A DNA stretch of 64,000 nt from a candidate division FCPU426 bacterium (GTDB lineage Bacteria > Oederibacteriota > Muellerivitia > Muellerivitales > Muellerivitaceae), in contig CAVTWJ010000001.1 of the NCBI GenBank assembly GCA_963738405.1, positions 96,001 through 160,000 on the forward strand. Reading direction: 5' to 3'. This document shows positions 34,577 to 45,079 of the stretch, in pieces. A program made the translations under genes and the position numbers. Position 1 is the stretch's first letter, and the number at the start of each line of letters is the position of its first letter. The notes under the pieces were generated by a model that saw nothing but the letters and a program-made list of their open reading frames with translations, was not told the origin of the DNA and made no database searches.

Positions 34577-36616
34577 ATGAAAAGCAAACCCACACAGGCC
34601 CCTTCGATCCATCTCCTTTGGCTGATATCAGGTTGGGCGGCGCTGATCCTTCTCGCTTACGGCACCCTCCTATTGCATCCCTCCTTGCACACTGCCTGCC
34701 CCGAAAACGACACCTGGAATTTTCCCATCCGCTGGTCGGTGTTGTCCTCGCTTCGGGAAGGAAGGATTCCCCTTTGGAACTCTCTATTAGCATTCGGAAT
34801 TCCCTGGCTGGCGACCTGGCAGACCGAGACCTTTTACCCCGGCACTTTGTTGTTTGTGTGGAAGGGCCTGGAGGCCTGGAATTTTTCTGGGATCCTTCAC
34901 CTGCTTATTTTTTCTTCGGGGGTTTACACTTTTCTGAGGGCATCGAAGGTGGGCGCTTTCTGGTCTTTCTTTAGCGCCGCCATCGCCTTATTAAACGCCT
35001 GCGCATTCAATCATCTGGGCAGTAATTCCTCAATGGACACCATGGCCTGGATGCCCTGGATGTTTTTGGCGACAAGGGAATGCGTGGAGGGGAAGCCCTT
35101 CGGGACCTTGAAATGGGCCTTATTTCTGGCCCTGCAGGTCTTTGCGGGTTACCCCCAAATCATTTTTTACACCCTGGCGGGCTGCGCCGCATTCGCTATT
35201 TTTTTAGCCAGTTGGAATTCACCTGCGAAACTTTTGAAACCGCTGGGATGGGGCCTTCTGTTTTCAGCGGCTCAATGGATGCCTTCAATCGAATATTTTC
35301 TATTCAATTCGGTCCGGCTTCCGGCTGTGTCGAATAATCCCCATTTTTTTCTGCCCCTTGAAAATCTGGAGACCTTTTTCAATTGGAACGCTTTGGCTGG
35401 GAATGGCGTTCCTGATTATGTGAATTCACCTACCTTCTTCTATTTTAATTTTTACAGCGGAATTGTCCCCTTATTGGTTCTGGCGGCAGGTGTGGCGGGC
35501 TTCAAACGGCTGAAGAAAAACAGTCTTTTCTTTCTTGGCGCCTTTTTATTTGTTCTTATGGGGACAGTTGGTTTTTTGATCGGGCCCCTCCTTCCCGCCT
35601 CATTCGCACTCCCTTCCTTTTTGGAACCGGCTAAAGCTTGGGTATTGGTCAACCTGATGGAACTCTTCGCCCTTGGTTTTCTTTTGGAAGACTTGGTGCC
35701 GAATCCGGGGAAATGGAAATGGGTTGTTCTTTCGGCGGGTGTTTTGAATTTGCTCTACCCGATTTGGATCCATCCCTATGAACACAATTTCACGCCTCCC
35801 CATGAAACCCTTGAACGCTACGCCCGGGAAATCACCGGCTCCTTAGGATCGGGACGGGTTTTGATTCTTCCTAACGAGCGGGAACATCAGGCCCTTTACA
35901 CCCCGCTTCCAGATCCCGGAGAAAGGCCCTTTTTTAAGCATTTCGTTCCGGACTCCAATCTCTATGTTTCGCTCCCTCTGGCGAATTTTTATGGTTCCAC
36001 CTGGCCTTCTTGGGGCGCGCTGGACGCCAACCAATATTTCAAATTGGGGTTTCCCTATGGGACTGGGAAGTTATTGGATTTGTTGGGAGTGGATCTTCTT
36101 GTATTGCCGGAGGACCATATGCCGCCCAACTTTAGAAAGAAATGGAAGTACGATGTTTGGGTGCTTTGGAAAAATCCATCGTCCCTCGGCGGTTCCTTTA
36201 CCTTCATCGGCCAACCACAGGTCGCGGGCCGAAGGGACATTTTTTCGGCTTTTGCGTCTGGAACAGCGGACCCAAGGCGCATCTTGTATTTGGACCCGGC
36301 GCCTGTTTCCAAGGCTCCGTTGAGTTTTCAACCGCCTCTTTCCGCCATGTCGTTTCAAGGCGAGGGCGAATACCGGGTGATCACCCAAAACGCCATGCCT
36401 GGATGGCGCGCCTGGGTAGATGGGAAACCGCAACATATTTACACGGCCGATGGGATCTTTGTGTGTGTGCCGATACTAAAGCACTCTGGACAGGTTCAAA
36501 TTTCCTATGAACCGACAAGCTTCCGCATGGGCCTTTTTATCAGTTTGCTGTTTTGGGGCTGGGGTTTGGGCTGGAGCGGTTTTCTTTGGGGCCGGTTAAA
36601 ACCGGCTTCAAACTAG
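34577..36616 (+). CDS. YfhO-like polytopic membrane protein (putative GT-C glycosyltransferase)
   Basis: GRIPLWN...GIP.LA, FYP, AGYPQ, C-terminal PGWRAWVDG...YEPTSF. Confidence 0.8.
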   Translation: MKSKPTQAPSIHLLWLISGWAALILLAYGTLLLHPSLHTACPENDTWNFPIRWSVLSSLREGRIPLWNSLLAFGIPWLATWQTETFYPGTLLFVWKGLEAWNFSGILHLLIFSSGVYTFLRASKVGAFWSFFSAAIALLNACAFNHLGSNSSMDTMAWMPWMFLATRECVEGKPFGTLKWALFLALQVFAGYPQIIFYTLAGCAAFAIFLASWNSPAKLLKPLGWGLLFSAAQWMPSIEYFLFNSVRLPAVSNNPHFFLPLENLETFFNWNALAGNGVPDYVNSPTFFYFNFYSGIVPLLVLAAGVAGFKRLKKNSLFFLGAFLFVLMGTVGFLIGPLLPASFALPSFLEPAKAWVLVNLMELFALGFLLEDLVPNPGKWKWVVLSAGVLNLLYPIWIHPYEHNFTPPHETLERYAREITGSLGSGRVLILPNEREHQALYTPLPDPGERPFFKHFVPDSNLYVSLPLANFYGSTWPSWGALDANQYFKLGFPYGTGKLLDLLGVDLLVLPEDHMPPNFRKKWKYDVWVLWKNPSSLGGSFTFIGQPQVAGRRDIFSAFASGTADPRRILYLDPAPVSKAPLSFQPPLSAMSFQGEGEYRVITQNAMPGWRAWVDGKPQHIYTADGIFVCVPILKHSGQVQISYEPTSFRMGLFISLLFWGWGLGWSGFLWGRLKPASN

Positions 36617-36630
36617 GTTAGGGTGCATCC

Positions 36631-38568
36631 ATGTCCACTCTCCGAGATCGCTTGCTCCTCACGATGGCGATTTTTGGCGCCGGCATTTTAACCGGATTCA
36701 TCTTTTGGGACCGCCTGAGCCTGCCTTTTGAGAATCCGTTTGGCATCATCGGCTATTGTTCCCAAATCCGGTTCAATCCCCAAAACGACGTATGGCGGTT
36801 CCTTTTTTTTATATTGTTGCCCTCACTTTTCCTAACCCTTTTTTGTGCCTGGGGCGGGGGAAAGGGGCGGCACTTCCTTTTTGGCGGTAAGCGGGAGGTT
36901 TCCGAGCCTCCAATGGAGGGGAGTGAAGTCCGGCTTTCCTGGCGGGGCCTGGTTTTCCTACCGGCATACGCCGTTCTGCTGGCCCTGAATGTACCGACCT
37001 ATCACGCTTCGGGGATATTTGACGCTTATCACGAAGGGGAAGCTCTGGGAACCAGCGTTTCGTACCTGGCGGGGGAACGGCCTTACCGTGACTTCTTTTT
37101 CTATCACGGTTTGTTTCAGGACCCCTTGCGGGCCGCTGTGGCCTTCCGTCTTTTCGGGCGCTCGATTGGGGCGGTCCGGACGTTGGAATCGGCCTTGAAG
37201 TTATCGGCCTGGGTTTTTCTGGCCCTTTTTTTGGGAAGGTTTTTTAAGCGAAGAATCCACCTGGCTTTTGGGCTGCTGACCTTGTTGGCCCTGGTGCACG
37301 TCAGTTTTCTGTTCAACCTTTATTCCGCTTGGGACGCGCCTGCGGTGACGCCGGCAGGGATATTGTCGGAGTTCAACCTGCACCGTTTTTTTTTCGAAGG
37401 CATCAATTTTCTGATCATCCGTTCCGACGATCTGTGCACTTTCCTTTTCGCTTGGGCCTTGGCAGGGGTGGTCCAGTCGGGGAAAAATCCCGGATACGGC
37501 GCCGCGGTGTGGACACTGGGTGTAAACTCGTTTGTTTTTGGCTTCGCGTCCACGGCGGCCCTAGCCTATTCCGCCGACCGGGGGGTCTACCTGACGGCCG
37601 CATTCCTTGTTTTGGCGGTGCTTTTCCATTTCATTTATTTCCGAGGCCATCCTGCGGGGAACCAGTACCGGTTTTTTTGCGTCCTCGGGGGGATCGGCGG
37701 ATGGCTGTTCTTGGGAGTGCTCCTGGGGTGGGACTATGGAAGTTTTTTCCAATTCCTGTTCCTGCGGATGCCTTCATACAAGGAGCTCTCCGAAAAGGTT
37801 CCCTACCCCATTCATTCCCCGATGTTCGGTTTGGTGTTGGCCGTTTTCGCAGCCGAATGCTTTTGGCTGGTCCGGGACGGGTGGAAGGAGGCCCACTTCA
37901 GTTTAGGGATGCCTTGGCTGCGCGCTTGGCTGGGGCGGCGGGGATTGGAGATTTCACTCCTATTATTATCGGTGTTTTATTTCCGGAGCGCGCTGACGCG
38001 TTGCGATTGGCAGCATGTCATCTACAGCATAGCTTTCCTGCTGATACTTTCGTTTTGGATAATCGTGGAGGGGGAACCGGGGTGGTTTTTCGCCCGAAGG
38101 ACATTGATTTGGTCTCTTTGCGCGGTCACGGTTCTCTTTTGCGTCTGGCGGACCGTACGGGAGCCCGTTTGGAAAAGAAATTTTCCGCTCAAGGTTTCCG
38201 ACAGCGTATTTCTGTCTTCCCCGCAAAAGCAAACCCTAGGTTTCTTGAAGTGGGTACGCAAGCCGGGGGATGTTTTTTTTTCCTTATCCTCAAATGCTTG
38301 CTGGTATTACCTGCTCAATCAGCCCGCTCCCACCCGTTTCCCCTATATCTGGATCGCCGCCCTTCCTGTGTTCCAGGAAGAAGTTGTCAGGGATCTTTCG
38401 GAGAAAAAGGTGAAATGGGTCCTTTACCGGCAGGCCGAATGGTACGACAACATCGACGGGATTCCAAACCAAAGGAAGTTACCCATTATTTCCGCCTATA
38501 TCCGCGGCCATTTCCATCCCTTCGCAAAAGTGGGAGGGGACGAAATATGGATTCGGGACGGCTCTTGA
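36631..38568 (+). CDS. Polytopic membrane protein (putative glycosyltransferase)
   Basis: DAYHEG..L..G.RPYRDFFFYHG, YSADRG, ALTRCDWQH, YYLL...PTRF. Confidence 0.75.
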   Translation: MSTLRDRLLLTMAIFGAGILTGFIFWDRLSLPFENPFGIIGYCSQIRFNPQNDVWRFLFFILLPSLFLTLFCAWGGGKGRHFLFGGKREVSEPPMEGSEVRLSWRGLVFLPAYAVLLALNVPTYHASGIFDAYHEGEALGTSVSYLAGERPYRDFFFYHGLFQDPLRAAVAFRLFGRSIGAVRTLESALKLSAWVFLALFLGRFFKRRIHLAFGLLTLLALVHVSFLFNLYSAWDAPAVTPAGILSEFNLHRFFFEGINFLIIRSDDLCTFLFAWALAGVVQSGKNPGYGAAVWTLGVNSFVFGFASTAALAYSADRGVYLTAAFLVLAVLFHFIYFRGHPAGNQYRFFCVLGGIGGWLFLGVLLGWDYGSFFQFLFLRMPSYKELSEKVPYPIHSPMFGLVLAVFAAECFWLVRDGWKEAHFSLGMPWLRAWLGRRGLEISLLLLSVFYFRSALTRCDWQHVIYSIAFLLILSFWIIVEGEPGWFFARRTLIWSLCAVTVLFCVWRTVREPVWKRNFPLKVSDSVFLSSPQKQTLGFLKWVRKPGDVFFSLSSNACWYYLLNQPAPTRFPYIWIAALPVFQEEVVRDLSEKKVKWVLYRQAEWYDNIDGIPNQRKLPIISAYIRGHFHPFAKVGGDEIWIRDGS

Positions 38569-38714
38569 AGGGTTCGTTTCCGTGGCGGGCTCCCTCGAAG
38601 GATTCATCCTCCCAATACCGCAAGCCCCGTTGCTTAATTTTTGAGGTGAATTTATGATTTGGTCCGGCAGGTGAGGATCGTTGGGGCACCATTTAATAAA
38701 ATTAAGGAGAAAAC

Positions 38715-39218
38715 ATGAAATCGATAGGAATATTGACGATTGTTTTGGCCACTGTTTTGGCGCTATTGCCTGGGTTATCAGGGGCTGAGAAGGCGGACGC
38801 GAGTTCCGCACCCGTTCCCGGCGGCGGGCCAATCGGTTTGGGACTGGAACTGGGGGACCCGGGTGTTTGGGGCGCGGTAGGTAAAATATGGATCGACAAG
38901 GAGAACGCATTTCAACCCGCGTTAAAGCTGGGCGACGGCTTGACCCTGCTTCAGTTGGATTACCTTTGGCACGATTACGATGTTATCCACCCCAAAGAAG
39001 GCTTGATGCCCTTGTATTTCGGCGTGGGCGGGGATTTATCCCTCCAGAGCAGTGTGGCGGTCGGAGCCCGAGGCGTGGTCGGGATTTCCTATCTGTTCAA
39101 CCGGGAAAACGTGCCGGTGGATATTTACATACAAGCCGTTCCTGAGATTTGGTTCTACAGCGGCGGGGTTTCCACCTTTTACCTCTATGGCGAGCTGGGG
39201 TCGAGATACTACTTCTAG
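38715..39218 (+). CDS. Small outer-membrane beta-barrel protein
   Basis: Signal peptide, GLGLELGDP, DYLWH, LYFGVG, C-terminal GSRYYF. Confidence 0.8.
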   Translation: MKSIGILTIVLATVLALLPGLSGAEKADASSAPVPGGGPIGLGLELGDPGVWGAVGKIWIDKENAFQPALKLGDGLTLLQLDYLWHDYDVIHPKEGLMPLYFGVGGDLSLQSSVAVGARGVVGISYLFNRENVPVDIYIQAVPEIWFYSGGVSTFYLYGELGSRYYF

Positions 39219-39252
39219 GATAAAAATCGCGGGCCTCTGAAAGGGTGAATTT

Positions 39253-40398
39253 GTGCCAACCTTGAGCCGAAAAAAAAGTCCGGCATTGATGATGTACGGC
39301 GCGAGTGAGTCCGACTCGAACCTCTATTACGCCGTGAAATTCGTGGTGCCGGACCCCTTTCCCTTTTTCCAGATTGGAAACAAGAAGATCATCCTGATGA
39401 GCGACCTGGAATTGGGACGCGCCCAAAAGCAGGCCAAGGTGGATGAAATTCTTTCCTATTCGGACCTTCAGATAAAAACCATGCGGCAGGGAATCGAGAA
39501 GCCGCGGGTGGCCGATGTGACCGCCTTTTTTCTCAAAAAAAACAAAATCAAAAAGGTTCAGGTGCCGGACAATTTCAATCTGGGGCTGGCGGACGCTTTG
39601 CGACAGAGGGGCATCCAGGTTGAGAGTAAGGCCGATCCATTTTTCGAGGAGCGGGTTTACAAGTCGAAGGAAGAAGTGAGGATGATCACCGACTCTCTCC
39701 GGCACACGGAAGCGGCGATCCACAAGTTGGAAGATGTGCTGCGCCAATCGAAAATCGTCGGAAAGAAATTATCCTACCGGGGCCACTGGGTGACTTCCGA
39801 ATCCCTTAAAAAAGTCCTAAATGTGTCGATGATGGAAAACAACTGTATTGGGAACCATACCATTGTGGCAAGCGGGAACCAGGGGTGCGACCCCCACCAG
39901 GAAGGGACAGGGTTTGTTTGGGCCCACCAGTCTTTGATCGTGGACGTCTTTCCCCGATCGGGCGACACCCTCTATTTCGCCGATATCACCCGAACCTTCG
40001 TGAAGGGGAAGGCCTCCAGCGCCTTGAAAGTCCAGTACGAGGCGGTACGGACGGCGCAGGAAAAGGGAATCCGAATGGTAGCTCCCGGGGTGAACGGGCG
40101 GGATGTGCATCAAGCGATCAAAAAGGACATGGAAAGCCGGGGATATAGAACTGAAAGGCGCAAGGGAGTGATGGTGGGCTTTTTCCATGGGACAGGACAC
40201 GGTCTGGGGTTGGATGTTCACGAACCCCCGAGGGTAAATTCTTCGGACCACGTTCTCAAAAAGGGAGAGGTAGTTACGGTGGAGCCGGGACTCTATTACC
40301 CAGGGCAGGGGGCGGTGCGGATTGAGGACCTTTTAGTCGTTACCGAAAAGGGAAATCAGAATCTGACGGTCTATCCCAAAAAACTGGAAATCGCTTAA
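39253..40398 (+). CDS. Xaa-Pro peptidase (M24 family)
   Basis: DPH, VDVFPR, YFADITRT, HGTGHGLGLDVHEPP, TVEPGLY, VRIED. Confidence 0.93.
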   Translation: MPTLSRKKSPALMMYGASESDSNLYYAVKFVVPDPFPFFQIGNKKIILMSDLELGRAQKQAKVDEILSYSDLQIKTMRQGIEKPRVADVTAFFLKKNKIKKVQVPDNFNLGLADALRQRGIQVESKADPFFEERVYKSKEEVRMITDSLRHTEAAIHKLEDVLRQSKIVGKKLSYRGHWVTSESLKKVLNVSMMENNCIGNHTIVASGNQGCDPHQEGTGFVWAHQSLIVDVFPRSGDTLYFADITRTFVKGKASSALKVQYEAVRTAQEKGIRMVAPGVNGRDVHQAIKKDMESRGYRTERRKGVMVGFFHGTGHGLGLDVHEPPRVNSSDHVLKKGEVVTVEPGLYYPGQGAVRIEDLLVVTEKGNQNLTVYPKKLEIA

Positions 40399-40407
40399 AG
40401 CCTTGTT

Positions 40408-40680
40408 TTAGGGTTGGATGGTGGGAGTGGGGGTTGGCTCTGGAGGGGTGGCTTGGGACTGTTGGTCGGGCGCTTGTTCGGAAAGGCCCGGCATGAGGGT
40501 ATTTACCATTTTTTTGGAATCTTCGTCGTTACTCCCGCCTGAAAACAAAAAGTAGGAAAGAACGATCAATACCCCGCCCCAAAGCATCATTTTGGGTTCT
40601 TGAATTTTTTTTCCGCGGTAAAGCAGATAGCCCCCGATGGTTCCCATCAACACCGAGAGGGCCGTTTCCAACCAAAACAT
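40408..40680 (-). CDS. Small hypothetical membrane protein
   Basis: Two TM segments and Pro/Thr tail; GGGGAAGG RBS; 11 nt after the PBP gene. Confidence 0.7.
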   Translation of the reverse strand: MFWLETALSVLMGTIGGYLLYRGKKIQEPKMMLWGGVLIVLSYFLFSGGSNDEDSKKMVNTLMPGLSEQAPDQQSQATPPEPTPTPTIQP

Positions 40681-40691
40681 ACCTTCCCCCT

Positions 40692-42518
40692 TTATTTTTT
40701 CTCGTTATCGGATGACAGGTCCATGAATTCCATGATGCCCTCAAGCACCTTTTTGGCGATGGGCGCGGCCACGTCTTTTCCGGTGCCGCCGTTTTCGGCG
40801 AGGATGGCCATGGCGATCTTGGGGTTTTCGACCGGGGCAAAACAGATAAACCAGGCATGGAAATTGGGGTCTCGGGAGCCGGAAGTGCCGGTTTTGCCCG
40901 CGATTTTGAGGCCCTTGATTCGCGCTTTTACCCCGATGCCTCGTTCCACGTCATTGAGCATCATGGTGGTGAGGAACTGAGCCGTTTGCCGACTGATGGT
41001 GTTTTTGTAGACTGTGGGTTTATTTTCCTCGAGCGTAATGCCGTTGATGTTCGTGAGCTTATCCACCAGGTAGGGGGACATCATGACGCCGTCGTCGGCG
41101 ATGGCCGAGGCGATGAGGGCGGCGTTAAGAGGCGTGATGCGAAATTCTTTGCCCAGTCCCGTGGCCGATTCAGCCAACTCATAGTGGGACAAACCCAGCT
41201 TGGGAGAAAAACCCATGGAAACCGGAATGTTGAGTGATTTGGGAACGGAATTGAAGCCGAACCGGTTATTGAATTCAAAGAGGGTGTCCTCTCCAAGCGC
41301 CATGCCCAATTTGGCATAGGCCACGTTGCAGGAATCGTCGAAGGCTTCCTCCAGACTTCGGACGGCCTTATGTTTTTCCCAGTCATAAAAGAATTGCCCG
41401 TCGATATTGACGTAGCCCTTGCAATAGAGGGGAAAAACCGTGTTGAGATTGAGATTTTTTTCGACCGCGGCGGCGGAACTGACGATTTTGATAATGGAAC
41501 CGGGCTCGTACAAACCCTCAAAGGCACGGTTTTTAAGGGGGGTGTTTTTGTTGCCGATATAATCCCACCAACCTTCATGGATTTTTTCAGGGGTGAAGGT
41601 GGGTTGGGAAACGCAGCCCAAAATTTCACCGGTGCGGGGATCTAAAACCACAATAGCGCCTTTTTCCCACCCCATGGCTTTGGAGAGCACCCGTTGGATG
41701 CGGCTGTCGATGGTGAGGTAAAGCTTGTTTCCTGGGAAATATTTTTGGTAAACCGATTCTAAACCCGCCGAACCCCGGTTGTTCGTGGCGGCCTGGTCCA
41801 CATAGCCGATGAGGTGGGCGAATTCCTTGCCCATGGGATATCCTTTGGCGCCGTTTTTGACCCATTGAAGCGCCAGGGGAACCCCGTTGCGGTCATAGAT
41901 GTAATAGACCGAACCGCGGTCTTTTTCTTCCCGAGCTTGATCCAAGAGGGTTTGTAATTTCTTGTTTTTGGGATCAAGTGTTAGGGCTTTTTCGTAGGAC
42001 TTTTCACCGTTCACGACTTCGCCGAGCGCCCGTTGGGTGGTTCCCAAGGCGATGTAAATCTCAGGGTTGTTGGGTTGAAGATCTTGCGCATGTTGAATTT
42101 CCAATTCAGCTTGGCCGTAGAGGCCCTGATCAATGAAGGATTGGCCGAATTTGAGATGATCAAATCTTTGACTGAAGGCGAGGCCCGCATTCATGGCCTG
42201 AGAGTATTTTTCCTTCGCTTTATCGAGATTCCCGGCCTTGAGCTCGACCAAACCAAGACCGTCAATGGCCCTGGCATTGCCCGGATTTCGGTCCAAAACC
42301 TTGTTGAATTCCATTCGGGATAATTCCAAATCCCCGGTTTTCCAATATTTAAGGCCTTTGAAATAGTTGTACTGGTTTAAAAGATAGGTTTTGGACGTTA
42401 CAACCCCGCTGACGACTAGGGCTACCAGGACTACTGTTCTAAAGGAAGGCAGTTTGGTTCTGCGCTTTCGTGAGAGGGGTATGGGTTTGTATTTGCTAAA
42501 GGGATCGTATTGCGCCAA
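40692..42518 (-). CDS. TPR-repeat-containing penicillin-binding transpeptidase (PbpA-like)
   Basis: N-terminal TM, about 4 TPRs, RGSVYYIYDRNG, SxxK (PGSIIK), SCN, KTGT; TTG after AGGAG. Confidence 0.9.
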   Translation of the reverse strand: MAQYDPFSKYKPIPLSRKRRTKLPSFRTVVLVALVVSGVVTSKTYLLNQYNYFKGLKYWKTGDLELSRMEFNKVLDRNPGNARAIDGLGLVELKAGNLDKAKEKYSQAMNAGLAFSQRFDHLKFGQSFIDQGLYGQAELEIQHAQDLQPNNPEIYIALGTTQRALGEVVNGEKSYEKALTLDPKNKKLQTLLDQAREEKDRGSVYYIYDRNGVPLALQWVKNGAKGYPMGKEFAHLIGYVDQAATNNRGSAGLESVYQKYFPGNKLYLTIDSRIQRVLSKAMGWEKGAIVVLDPRTGEILGCVSQPTFTPEKIHEGWWDYIGNKNTPLKNRAFEGLYEPGSIIKIVSSAAAVEKNLNLNTVFPLYCKGYVNIDGQFFYDWEKHKAVRSLEEAFDDSCNVAYAKLGMALGEDTLFEFNNRFGFNSVPKSLNIPVSMGFSPKLGLSHYELAESATGLGKEFRITPLNAALIASAIADDGVMMSPYLVDKLTNINGITLEENKPTVYKNTISRQTAQFLTTMMLNDVERGIGVKARIKGLKIAGKTGTSGSRDPNFHAWFICFAPVENPKIAMAILAENGGTGKDVAAPIAKKVLEGIMEFMDLSSDNEKK

Positions 42519-42642
42519 TGGAGGCTCCTTAAAGAGAAGGCATTCTAATGGTTGAATCAGAATTTATATTTAAGATTTTGCGGTTAAATTATGGAAAAAA
42601 TCGAAAATGAAATCCTGAATGGTGCTGGTTATAAATGGCATA

Positions 42643-42672
42643 TTGACCTGTTTTAACGTTTTTTTCTATAAT
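42643..42672 (+). promoter_or_regulatory. Sigma70-type promoter
   Basis: TTGACC-18 bp-TATAAT upstream of 42797. Confidence 0.6.
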
Positions 42673-42796
42673 TTATTTACGTGTTGGAAGCGAGAAAAGA
42701 TTGAAACATGAGTAAATCCACTACTTGCTGACACGCGATGTTTGACTCCCTGAAAACGGATTTAACCGCTTAGTAAGGAAAGCCAAGGAGATAACC

Positions 42797-45016
42797 ATGC
42801 AAATCACCGCCCTCGCCCCGGGATGCTTTCACTTGGAAGGCCCGCAAACCAGCGCTTTGTTGGGCAGCCCCCCCGAAATACTTAAAGTTCTCCTGAAGAA
42901 AAAGAAACAGGTTCCTCAAGTCGGCATTTTGCCTGATCTTTCTCATCGAAACGGCGTTTCTCAAATGGCGTTTGAGTTTTTGGGTTACTGGTTTCTTTTT
43001 GTGGAGCAAGGGTATCAGAGGAATCTGAAATTTAGGGTTCTGGGAACCAAGGCCATGTGTGAAAGGCTTTATGCCATCCTGCGGATCACCTTACTTGGGC
43101 CCGGCCGGGAGGATTTGAAGGAATGGGGAGTCAGCAAAAGCCGGTCCGAAATGCTCGTGAAAATGTCCGAAGGGCTGGCCCTTAAAAGGAACGGCCTCGT
43201 CCTAAAAATTGAAGATCTATTCGAATTTATCCATCTTCCTGAGGAGGAAGGCGAAGTCTCCGTCCCGGTTTTCGCGGATTCAAACCAAACACTCATTAAA
43301 CGTTTAGGCGGGAATAGGTACGAGATTGTTCACGAAGACCAAAGAACACTTTTGGACCTGAACTTTGAGGGGGAGCAGCTTCCTCCACTGGTGGATCTTT
43401 CCGGAGAGGTGGAAAAGCCGCAAGGACTACGGTTGAAAGTTCTGGGCTGTTATACGGGCTTTGACCCGGAGGGACCCACGACCGGCATCCTGCTTTGGAT
43501 CAATGGAAACGCCTTTTTGGTGGATTCGCCCGCCGGGATTTCCAAATACCTGAAACAGGTCGGAGTTTCGAAAGATCGATTGACGGCTGTGATCCAGACC
43601 CATGTGCACGACGACCATTGCGCTTTAAGCGAGCTTCTTCTCTCCGAGCGCTCCATCAACCTTATCTCAACGAGGGAGATTTACGAATCCACCGTTTTGA
43701 AGGTGGCCAATATTATCGGTGAATCGGCCGAAATCGTCCGCCGGATGATGCCCTTTGTGGAAGTGATTCCCGGGAAAAGCTATTTCCTCTATGGGGCCGC
43801 TTGGGAATTCTTTTATACGGTCCATTCCATTCCCACTATTGGGTTTCGCGTAACGGTTCCGGATGAGACCGGGAAAAATCACACCCTGCTGCATTCCAGC
43901 GATTTGGACCATTTCAAAGGCATGGCCCAATTGGCGGCGGATGGAAGCATCAGCGTGGAGCATATGGAAAGGATGAAAAACCTTGTTCGCGGGGATGAGG
44001 ATTTGGCGATGATCGACGCGGGCGGTGGAATGATTCACGGCGAACCCTCGGACTGGGACCCTATTATCGCCAAGTTTCTGAAGACCGAATTTCTCTTTTA
44101 CCACATCAATCCCTCCAAGCTGGATACGGTCAAATACCAGGTGGCCCGCCCTGGCTGGGGAAAGACCTTCATCTCGGAAAAGCATTTTCCACAATCAGTG
44201 TTTAGCGGCGTGACCCAAGCCCTACAGCTATTTCAGGTGAAAGATTTAAGCTGGCTTAATATTCTTCTTTCCCAGGGGAATGTGGTGACATTGCCCGCTG
44301 GAAGTGAAGTGGTGAAAAAGGGAACCGAGGGTGATCATTTTTATTTCATTCTTTCAGGCACCTTGGATGTGCTGGATGTGGAAAACGGCCAAGAAAATCT
44401 TTTAGCCACATTGGAAGGCGGAGACTTTTTCGGGGAAATGTCGATCATTAACAAATCCAAAACGAACGCTACCGTTTTGGCTAAAACCCCGGTCATTCTT
44501 TTTTGCCTCGCGGGAGATCTTTTTTTGGAATTTGTTGAAAAAAACGAATTGCGTGAAAGTTTCGCCAGCCTTTGGAAAAGGCGGCCTTTGATTTCATCTG
44601 TCGCAATCTTCAGAAACCTGGACCCTACCGCCAAACATGAGATTTCTCTTTTGGCTCGCAATCAGGTTTTCGAGAAGGATGAGATTATTTTCAGGCAGGG
44701 GAGCAAGACGGAGGACTTTTTCGTTATATCCTCGGGTCGGGTGGGAATTTCGCGTAAAAACGACCATGGAAAGACCGTGGTTTTGTCTGAATTAAAAACC
44801 GGTGATTTTTTTGGAGAGAATGTGGCAATGGGGTATACGGACAAGCGAAACGCCACGGCTACCGCGATGTCTGAAGTGAGTACGCTGGTGATATCTTCAA
44901 AGGAACTTCGTGAATTGGCCAAGCGCATGCCGATTCTTCGCCATCAGTTGCACTTAATCATGAAACAACGCGGACTTCCGGAAGAGGTTTTTGAAAGAAG
45001 CCCGGTTAGTATTTAA
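42797..45016 (+). CDS. Metallo-beta-lactamase-fold hydrolase with two cNMP-binding domains (putative cyclic-nucleotide phosphodiesterase)
   Basis: GSPPEILK, THVHDDH, HSIPTIG, IHG; two GDFFGE motifs. Confidence 0.88.
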   Translation: MQITALAPGCFHLEGPQTSALLGSPPEILKVLLKKKKQVPQVGILPDLSHRNGVSQMAFEFLGYWFLFVEQGYQRNLKFRVLGTKAMCERLYAILRITLLGPGREDLKEWGVSKSRSEMLVKMSEGLALKRNGLVLKIEDLFEFIHLPEEEGEVSVPVFADSNQTLIKRLGGNRYEIVHEDQRTLLDLNFEGEQLPPLVDLSGEVEKPQGLRLKVLGCYTGFDPEGPTTGILLWINGNAFLVDSPAGISKYLKQVGVSKDRLTAVIQTHVHDDHCALSELLLSERSINLISTREIYESTVLKVANIIGESAEIVRRMMPFVEVIPGKSYFLYGAAWEFFYTVHSIPTIGFRVTVPDETGKNHTLLHSSDLDHFKGMAQLAADGSISVEHMERMKNLVRGDEDLAMIDAGGGMIHGEPSDWDPIIAKFLKTEFLFYHINPSKLDTVKYQVARPGWGKTFISEKHFPQSVFSGVTQALQLFQVKDLSWLNILLSQGNVVTLPAGSEVVKKGTEGDHFYFILSGTLDVLDVENGQENLLATLEGGDFFGEMSIINKSKTNATVLAKTPVILFCLAGDLFLEFVEKNELRESFASLWKRRPLISSVAIFRNLDPTAKHEISLLARNQVFEKDEIIFRQGSKTEDFFVISSGRVGISRKNDHGKTVVLSELKTGDFFGENVAMGYTDKRNATATAMSEVSTLVISSKELRELAKRMPILRHQLHLIMKQRGLPEEVFERSPVSI

Positions 45017-45079
45017 GATTCTTCGTTTCTGCTCGCGCTACGTTCCGGGGCGGTAAAGTTCGCATCCTCGCTTTGGATA

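Noticed and set aside
37329..38657. 442-aa alternative-frame ORF and other long shadow ORFs (e.g. 19587..20477, 32538..33611, 9527..9946)
   Set aside because: They overlap well-supported genes, have Arg/Gly/Pro-rich off-frame composition and show no motifs
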